IMG/VR virus record: IMGVR_UViG_3300012925_000001
From: a virus
Length of the DNA: 64,000 bases
Reading direction: 5' to 3' (one strand)
In this document: in pieces, positions 58,415 through 64,000 of the stretch
How positions within the stretch are numbered: position 1 is the first letter of the stretch
Layout of the letters: the number at the start of each line of letters is the position of its first letter
The notes under the pieces: model-generated
Databases searched by the model: none
What the model saw: the letters and a program-made list of their open reading frames with translations, nothing else
What the model was told of the DNA's origin: nothing
Program-made: the position numbers and the translations under genes

Positions 58415-60562
58415 TTACTTGTGCCCCGCTGCAGCTTCGGCTGCCTTGACTCGTTTGGTGAACTCGTCTGCTTGAGCCTGTGTGTCAAACGTATGCGGCT
58501 TACCTCCAGCCATAACTGTGACCGGCTTCGGCGCTTCCTGGCCGGGGATCTCCGTCGATCCGATCAACGGCGCAGGACCACCGCCAGAAACCATACGCTG
58601 ATTGCGTGCCTGATAGCTTGCAGCCTGACCGTTTAGGATATTCTGAGCGTCGAGTAGCTTCCTATACATTAGTCCGGGCGAATCCTTGCTAGGATCTGGA
58701 AGATGCTCCTGAACGCTCTTGATGAGGGCCATGTTGCGGCCGATTTTAGACCACGGAGCCGTGCCAGCAATCTTGATAAAAGAGTTCCACTGGTTGACCG
58801 CCGTAGCAAGCGCTCCTGGGTCGATACCGAACTGGTACTGGCCATACTTAAATCGCTGATTAAGCGAGTCCATTAGACCACCCTCATCCTTGAACGGTGC
58901 AAGCATCTTGATAGCTTGCTGGAGGGGCGGACCAACGTCTTCCATAGCGTCCGCAGAGAGCCGTTCTTGGTTGGGCACACGGCCGCCGACAGTCTGGCCA
59001 GGTTGAGCGATTCCGCCAGTGTAAGGATTGCCGCCGCCGGTAGCTGGAGCTGGAGGTTGTTCGCCGCCTGCCGGAGCTGGAGGCGCGCCTCCACTGCGAG
59101 TCGTGGTTGGATGGCCTTTAGCGTTCAAGGTAGTAACCGAGACTTGTGTAGGCGTGCCTTGAGGTGTGTAGTTTGGAGCTGGAGCAGCCGCACCTGTTGC
59201 CCCAGCAGGCGCACTCGGAGGCAGCCCGCCAGTCGTTGGCGGGTTTGCAGGTAGCGTAGGAGCTGTAGTGCTCATCTGTCCTGGGGCATTCCCTTGACGC
59301 TGATCTGGCAAGCCTGCCGTCGGAGCGCCTGGGAAACTCTTCTGGCTAGTCGTCTGAACCTGCACCATCTTGACGCCACCGTCGGGTTGCGGCACTGCGA
59401 TCATATGCGTGCCGGTAGTACTAGATGCCTGAGCCTCATTCCAAAGTTTACGAGCTTCCAGATATTGCTTGGCAGTGGGCTGAGGCCCGTAGCCTGCAAT
59501 GGCGAAATCGCCAAAGCTACCAACCTTGGGAGGAGCAACGTTCGGCATTTTGCTGCTGAGAGCGCGTAGCTTCTCTGACTTTGCATCATTGGTCAGAGTC
59601 GGATCGCCTAGAATCTGACGCGCGACGGCATCTTTGGCCTGCGCGAGGCCAGAGCCAGGCTTGCCTAGCATGTTATTCAGCTGATCCATGCGATCTTGCT
59701 GAGCTTCTGTCGGGTTCTGCACCTGGCGCATCTGTACTAGCTCGTTTTCGAGATGCTGTGTGCCTTGAGCGGTTTGAGCTGTTTCAAGACCGGTTTGTGC
59801 TTGCGTGCCTGCGGTTTGTGCAGCGGTCTGCACGCGCTGCTGATAAGCCGGAGTGAGGTACGGTGCGATCTGGTGGTACACCGGTGGACCGGTCTGCTGC
59901 AGGCCTTCATAGACTGCCGAGGAAACCTTAGCCGGATCTTGACTCTGGAATGCGCCTTGCAGCTTCTGCATCAGACTCTGCTGGCCATTCTTACCCTTAC
60001 CAGGCTTCTCGACATGCTGGCCGTAGAAATCCATCATGGCTTTCCAGGACGTATCCACGCCTTCCTTGGCCTTGATGTAGGCAGGGTCGTCTTGCGGAAT
60101 ACCTTTCTGAGCCAAGTCCTGTAGCTGCCCTGCAGCATTGTTATACAAATTCTGCAAGCCAGTAGACTGCTGATGGACTTGTGCGGCCTGCTTCAGATCA
60201 TGCACAGCCTTGCCCTGCATGTAGCCATGCAGAAGTTGGTTCCCCAGAAAAGCTGCCGCGCCGAGCTTGCCCGAGCTGCCGAGCTGCTGCGGCGTCATCT
60301 GCGGCTCTGGCGGCAGTGGGTTCTCTATAGGCTGCTGCGTCTGTGGCAGCTGAGCCTGTTGATAAGGCTGTGCTGCATTCGGATCATAGCTGGGAGCATA
60401 AGCTGTGCCGAGTGGCGTTGGCGCGCCGCCCGGAGCAGCTCCACCAGATGCTGCAGTGCCATCCTCCGCAGCCGCCGCGCCGGCGGCACCGCTAGCCAGA
60501 TCCGCAGGAGAAATGTACGGAGGCGGTCCTGTCGTCGAATCGTAACCAGAAGTTGCTGCCAT
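58415..60562 (-). CDS. large Gln/Pro/Gly-rich virion-associated protein
   Basis: 715 aa; stop abuts next start; order matches podovirus internal-virion gene series. Confidence 0.6.
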   Translation of the reverse strand: MAATSGYDSTTGPPPYISPADLASGAAGAAAAEDGTAASGGAAPGGAPTPLGTAYAPSYDPNAAQPYQQAQLPQTQQPIENPLPPEPQMTPQQLGSSGKLGAAAFLGNQLLHGYMQGKAVHDLKQAAQVHQQSTGLQNLYNNAAGQLQDLAQKGIPQDDPAYIKAKEGVDTSWKAMMDFYGQHVEKPGKGKNGQQSLMQKLQGAFQSQDPAKVSSAVYEGLQQTGPPVYHQIAPYLTPAYQQRVQTAAQTAGTQAQTGLETAQTAQGTQHLENELVQMRQVQNPTEAQQDRMDQLNNMLGKPGSGLAQAKDAVARQILGDPTLTNDAKSEKLRALSSKMPNVAPPKVGSFGDFAIAGYGPQPTAKQYLEARKLWNEAQASSTTGTHMIAVPQPDGGVKMVQVQTTSQKSFPGAPTAGLPDQRQGNAPGQMSTTAPTLPANPPTTGGLPPSAPAGATGAAAPAPNYTPQGTPTQVSVTTLNAKGHPTTTRSGGAPPAPAGGEQPPAPATGGGNPYTGGIAQPGQTVGGRVPNQERLSADAMEDVGPPLQQAIKMLAPFKDEGGLMDSLNQRFKYGQYQFGIDPGALATAVNQWNSFIKIAGTAPWSKIGRNMALIKSVQEHLPDPSKDSPGLMYRKLLDAQNILNGQAASYQARNQRMVSGGGPAPLIGSTEIPGQEAPKPVTVMAGGKPHTFDTQAQADEFTKRVKAAEAAAGHK

Positions 60563-60583
60563 ACTGAGCCGCCTATACCTTTC

Positions 60584-61147
60584 CTAGAAAGCTGTTGCGA
60601 GTCCGCTGCTGAGTGAACCTGCCAGGCCGCCAAGTAAGCCCAGCTGCGATCCCTTGCCTGAGGTAGCGTTCTGGTAGACCGAGTTGTAGCCTTGGTTGGC
60701 TGAACTCAGACCAGAGATTGCGGTGCCTGCAGAGGAAGTGGACTGGCCAACGCCTTGACCGGCGAGCTGAGCTAGAGCATTGAACGAGTTCAGGTAGCCC
60801 GAGCTGGCGGTCTGGCCAACCTGCGCGCCTTGGTTCACATCAGCCTGCTCCAGCGCCAGGTTCTTTTCGCCGCCAGCCGGAGCGTTGTTCATGATGTTCT
60901 GCTTGGCACCGGCAGTGGCGAGGTCGATCTGTTGCGTGGCCGGCGCAGTCGCTCTAGCTATAGCGTATGGGTCGCCTGTCGAGAGTGTCTGGTAGAAGTT
61001 TTCAGCCTGGCCGAACCCTGGGAAACTGGCATTGAACAGCTTCTGACTATTCGCTGATTGCTGCTGAGCGATCGCAGTCAGAGCGTCCGAATTACTGACG
61101 AGCGAATTCTGTGCGCTATCGGAGAGCTGCGAGCCGCCTTTTCCCAC
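60584..61147 (-). CDS. Gln/Ala/Ser-rich virion-associated protein
   Basis: GTG 61147 six nt after AGGAGG; 187 aa. Confidence 0.6.
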   Translation of the reverse strand: MGKGGSQLSDSAQNSLVSNSDALTAIAQQQSANSQKLFNASFPGFGQAENFYQTLSTGDPYAIARATAPATQQIDLATAGAKQNIMNNAPAGGEKNLALEQADVNQGAQVGQTASSGYLNSFNALAQLAGQGVGQSTSSAGTAISGLSSANQGYNSVYQNATSGKGSQLGLLGGLAGSLSSGLATAF

Positions 61148-61157
61148 GTAAAGCCTC

Positions 61158-62138
61158 CTACCGCAGGCCTTGGAGCACTCCTCTAAGACGGTTCACGAAG
61201 ACTTCTCGCGGTAGAGTGCTGATCGTGGCTGCAGTTAGGCTGCCGGTAGCATTGTCCAGCAGATAGTTCGGGATCGTGCCAATGTCCACGAAACCGAGCT
61301 TGCTGGCATACTTGGCCGTTAGCCTGTTGCCAGCGTAGCGCACACCGTGGACATTGGCCAAGCGAAATTCCTGAAAAAGGTAGGCTAGGCCTAAGAAGCC
61401 AAGGACGGACTGCTGTGGCGTACGCCAGGCTTCTTGGAAGAAGGTATAGCCGACGAACATGGAGTTCGAGGTTTTGGTGAAGGAGTAGGTCGTGACTGCC
61501 GGAAAACAGAAGCCAAGCGTGTGGAAGTAGGGTTGGATGGCAGCTTCAAAGTCTTCAGGCAGGGGATCAGCTGGGTCGATCGGAGCTGGGTTCGCACGCC
61601 ATTCGCCAAGACTCAGTAGGCCTTGGTTGTGCAGGTAGGCGCAGACTGTGTCGCAGGTCAGATCGGCCATACCGCAGAAGAGGTTTGGCAGGGAGCCCAG
61701 GCGGCTGCGGCCAGAGTCTTTGGCCTTCTGCCAGAGATGTGGTAGGTAAGGTTGTGGAGTGAAGAATTCAGGCCGAGTGCGGTCGTAGGGCAACACAGCG
61801 CAGCCCTGGAATTGGTAGCAGTTGGCCGCAATCCACGACAGTGGGTCTTCGATAGCTTCGTCAGTGATGACGTCTGGGATGTGGACGTAAGGAAGTTCTG
61901 CCTTGTCGACGTCAGCGAGGCTAATGTCAGGCATTTTCAGAGCTTCAGTCAGGAACTCTGGCATAGCGGGAACTGCGGCAGCTACGTCATAAGAAGCTTC
62001 ATAGGCTGCATCAGCCTCAGCAGGCTGCGGCACGATTGGAGCTTCCTGAGCAGCGGCAGTGTCCATCAACGCCTGCGCCCAGCCTGGGATTTTTAGCTCT
62101 TCTACTTCTATCTCATCTACGTTGTCAACGTCAGCCAT
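61158..62138 (-). CDS. virion-module protein with possible C-terminal GNAT-like fold
   Basis: C-terminus QQSVLGFLGLAYLFQEFRLANVHGVRYAGNRLTAKYASKLGFVDIG resembles GNAT motif A/B; acidic N-terminus. Confidence 0.6.
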   Translation of the reverse strand: MADVDNVDEIEVEELKIPGWAQALMDTAAAQEAPIVPQPAEADAAYEASYDVAAAVPAMPEFLTEALKMPDISLADVDKAELPYVHIPDVITDEAIEDPLSWIAANCYQFQGCAVLPYDRTRPEFFTPQPYLPHLWQKAKDSGRSRLGSLPNLFCGMADLTCDTVCAYLHNQGLLSLGEWRANPAPIDPADPLPEDFEAAIQPYFHTLGFCFPAVTTYSFTKTSNSMFVGYTFFQEAWRTPQQSVLGFLGLAYLFQEFRLANVHGVRYAGNRLTAKYASKLGFVDIGTIPNYLLDNATGSLTAATISTLPREVFVNRLRGVLQGLR

Positions 62139-62146
62139 GGCTAGCC

Positions 62147-62449
62147 TCAGACAATCCGCTGCGGTCCAGCTCCGGGAACGAGCAAGCCTGATTGTGAACG
62201 CTTATGCTGCTCCAACTGTTGCACGACATTGTCTAGGTTAGCTGCAGACTGCCAGATGACTCCAGCGATAGGATTAGCTGGAGTTAGGATGCCTGACTCA
62301 ATACCAATATTCAGCAAGCTAGACAATCCTTTAGCTATCTTGGCTAGAGCTTCTACGCCTTGTTCTACAGTAAATCCTGGATAAAGCTTTACATCAATCA
62401 GCACAGCAGGCGTAGCTTCGCTTGGAAACTCCGTTACATTGTCAGCCAT
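62147..62449 (-). CDS. hypothetical protein
   Basis: AGGGAGA SD before ATG 62449; 100 aa. Confidence 0.65.
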   Translation of the reverse strand: MADNVTEFPSEATPAVLIDVKLYPGFTVEQGVEALAKIAKGLSSLLNIGIESGILTPANPIAGVIWQSAANLDNVVQQLEQHKRSQSGLLVPGAGPQRIV

Positions 62450-62504
62450 CTAGATCTCCCTTGAGGTGGTGCCAGTCAGCAGGCCTAAGTTCACTGAGGC
62501 GATA

Positions 62505-62813
62505 TTACACGATTGCATGTATCGCTGCAATAGGAAGTTCTGGTGGCTGCTCAGCCTTGGTGTGGTGGCTATGGCTGCTCTCCCAGTCATCCTTCATCAA
62601 CCGGATCACAGCATGGTTCTCGACGTAGTGTGTATCCCAGAACTCCTCGGCGTGTTTATGGCAGTAGTAGCCATGATCGATCTTCCAGCGAACTGTGTTC
62701 GGGCAGTGCAGCCTAGTCGGCAGGATATGTGCACATAAGGGCTTGGACTTGGCGTGACGACCGGCGGGCAGAACAGCAGAAGGCATAACGGCAACTGAAG
62801 CTGTAGCGCTCAT
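62505..62813 (-). CDS. Cys/His-rich small protein
   Basis: ATGA overlap with upstream gene; CAH...HCPN...DHGYYCHKH. Confidence 0.6.
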   Translation of the reverse strand: MSATASVAVMPSAVLPAGRHAKSKPLCAHILPTRLHCPNTVRWKIDHGYYCHKHAEEFWDTHYVENHAVIRLMKDDWESSHSHHTKAEQPPELPIAAIHAIV

Positions 62814-64000
62814 GAGTTCAAGTCCGTTCTGGCGTAGCCTTTAGCACCCTCGTCTATCGCCTTGGATTCGATCTGCGGTGCGGCCCAAAACTGAAAGTTA
62901 GTAGTCTGATCCGTCGAGATAGCGATCATGCGCCACAGTCTAGGCTTCCAGGCGCGGAAAAGTTTGCGGATCACGAGGCGGTTGTTCTGGCTCGGGCTGG
63001 CCGGCAGCGTAAACGTGTAGTACGGAACCGGATTGCCGTCAGCGAACAACCTGATTGTGATCTCTGCTGCCGAAGTGTAGTCGAAGTAGCCTTGCTTGAT
63101 GATTTTCGACTCGTCCGAGCCCAGCTTGATCCAATAGGTGTCGAAGTTGACGTTCGGGTCAGCCAACATCGCAGCATAGACGTTTTCCTGGTATAGAATC
63201 GGTGCTGTAGTGACCGAGATCGTATGCCGGATCGACGCTGAATAAGCCTCGAAGCCGTCGCCTCCGCCTTGGTTTGGGAAGAACCCTGCCGGTTCTGAGA
63301 CTATGAGCTGGACCTTGTCGCGTAGGTTGCCCGTGTTGATCGCAGCCAGAGGAATCGTCACCGGCGGTTCCGTATTGAAAATCATCTGAGTCAGCATCGT
63401 CTGCGAGAACGTGTTGCAGTCGGTTTCGAGCATGTTCCATTGCTTCGGGTAGTGAGGCTTGCCGAGGTCGTAGAACGGAGACTGGATAATCATCTGGACA
63501 GGCAGCTTGGCCAGGGTCCCGCCCGAGTAACCGCCATCGTCATAGTCTTGGGTCAGGACCTGATCTTGGACGATATAGTTCTGGCCGACGTTCGGGCCGG
63601 AGGCAAGGACTTTGGCGGCTAGCAGCACGTTCGTGTCAGGCTCCCAGAGCATCGCTGTAGCAGGCACGTCGTCGTATCGGAACCGTTGATAGACAGTGTC
63701 AAAAGCTATCCGGTACCGGTTGCCATTCAGCGCCCAGTAGGCTTGATAGACAACGTTGTTGTAGTAGGCCATGACTACCGAGGAAACACGCGCCGGATCC
63801 AACACCGGCACTGGAGTCAGTGACTGCTGCTGACGATAGAGGAATTCGATCGGCAGAGTCATGTAGTTGCCGTCAGCGCCGACGAACTGGCGGAGACCGT
63901 CAGTAGCAAGGTACCAGACAGCGGATTCGGTCTGGCACCAACCGGTTGAAGAGACTGCGCCGTGGATTGAGCCTGTGGGTTGTGCTACAGGCTGTGCGCC
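62810..64000 (-). CDS. large structural protein, C-terminal part (tail-tubular-B-like position); gene continues beyond window
   Basis: I hand-translated 63863-64000 in the same frame and found no stop (…GAQPVAQPTGSIHGAVSSTGWCQTESAVWYLATDGLRQFVGADGNY-MTLPIEF…), so the track start 63862 is only the first Met. Confidence 0.7.
   Translation of the reverse strand, partial: GAQPVAQPTGSIHGAVSSTGWCQTESAVWYLATDGLRQFVGADGNYMTLPIEFLYRQQQSLTPVPVLDPARVSSVVMAYYNNVVYQAYWALNGNRYRIAFDTVYQRFRYDDVPATAMLWEPDTNVLLAAKVLASGPNVGQNYIVQDQVLTQDYDDGGYSGGTLAKLPVQMIIQSPFYDLGKPHYPKQWNMLETDCNTFSQTMLTQMIFNTEPPVTIPLAAINTGNLRDKVQLIVSEPAGFFPNQGGGDGFEAYSASIRHTISVTTAPILYQENVYAAMLADPNVNFDTYWIKLGSDESKIIKQGYFDYTSAAEITIRLFADGNPVPYYTFTLPASPSQNNRLVIRKLFRAWKPRLWRMIAISTDQTTNFQFWAAPQIESKAIDEGAKGYARTDLNS

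Noticed and set aside
62120-62135. TTGACA on the minus strand near the start of gene 61158..62138, as a late promoter
   Set aside because: There is no acceptable -10 at 16-18 nt, and the hexamer lies inside coding sequence. A single hexamer match is expected by chance.
1-64000. Search for tRNA/tmRNA genes, CRISPR arrays, reverse transcriptase/DGR template-variable repeats, and integrase/att sites
   Set aside because: I saw no T-loop/acceptor-stem pattern, no spaced direct-repeat array and no RT or integrase motifs in any ORF. The fibre paralogy is modular duplication, not an A-to-N mutated TR/VR pair. This was a scan by eye, so tRNAscan-SE/Infernal should confirm it.

Overview
This window is a gene-dense (about 105 ORFs) segment of a tailed dsDNA phage genome. 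It could be a free phage, a prophage or a phage-plasmid; I recognise no integrase, terminase, portal or capsid gene in it.

- **Left arm (0.5-23.0 kb, + strand):** about 55 mostly tiny, translationally coupled early/middle ORFs of unknown function. Consensus sigma70-type promoters (TTGACA-N16/17-TAnnnT) divide them into blocks. The arm includes a DUF932-type protein, Zn-ribbon and mini-membrane proteins, and a self-contained RNA-repair operon (Pnkp, Rnl1-like RNA ligase, RlaP-like nucleotidyltransferase).
- **23.1-26.8 kb:** a minus-strand cassette headed by a ribbon-helix-helix (RHH) gene, back-to-back promoters, and a 560-bp non-coding region. That region is packed with ATTACCGCC iterons plus a (TA)7 tract (candidate origin) and is followed by a RepA/DnaB-like P-loop ATPase.
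- **27.1-40.4 kb (+ strand):** a recombination/replication module interleaved with RHH proteins. It holds a Cys4 PD-(D/E)XK nuclease, a RecA-fold ATPase, a DUF669-like SSB, an HNH endonuclease, a PIF1/RecD-like helicase, a MazG-like NTP-PPase and a UDG-like::family-A DNA polymerase fusion.
- **40.3-64 kb (- strand):** lysis genes, then five tail-fibre/spike paralogs (collagen-like, LamG+SGNH, carboxypeptidase-regulatory-like N-domains) that all start with signal-peptide-like N-termini. A small regulatory island and large internal-virion/ejection-like proteins follow, in a podovirus-like order.

I saw no rRNA, tRNA or CRISPR array. All family calls come from motif recognition by eye and need HMM or structure confirmation.
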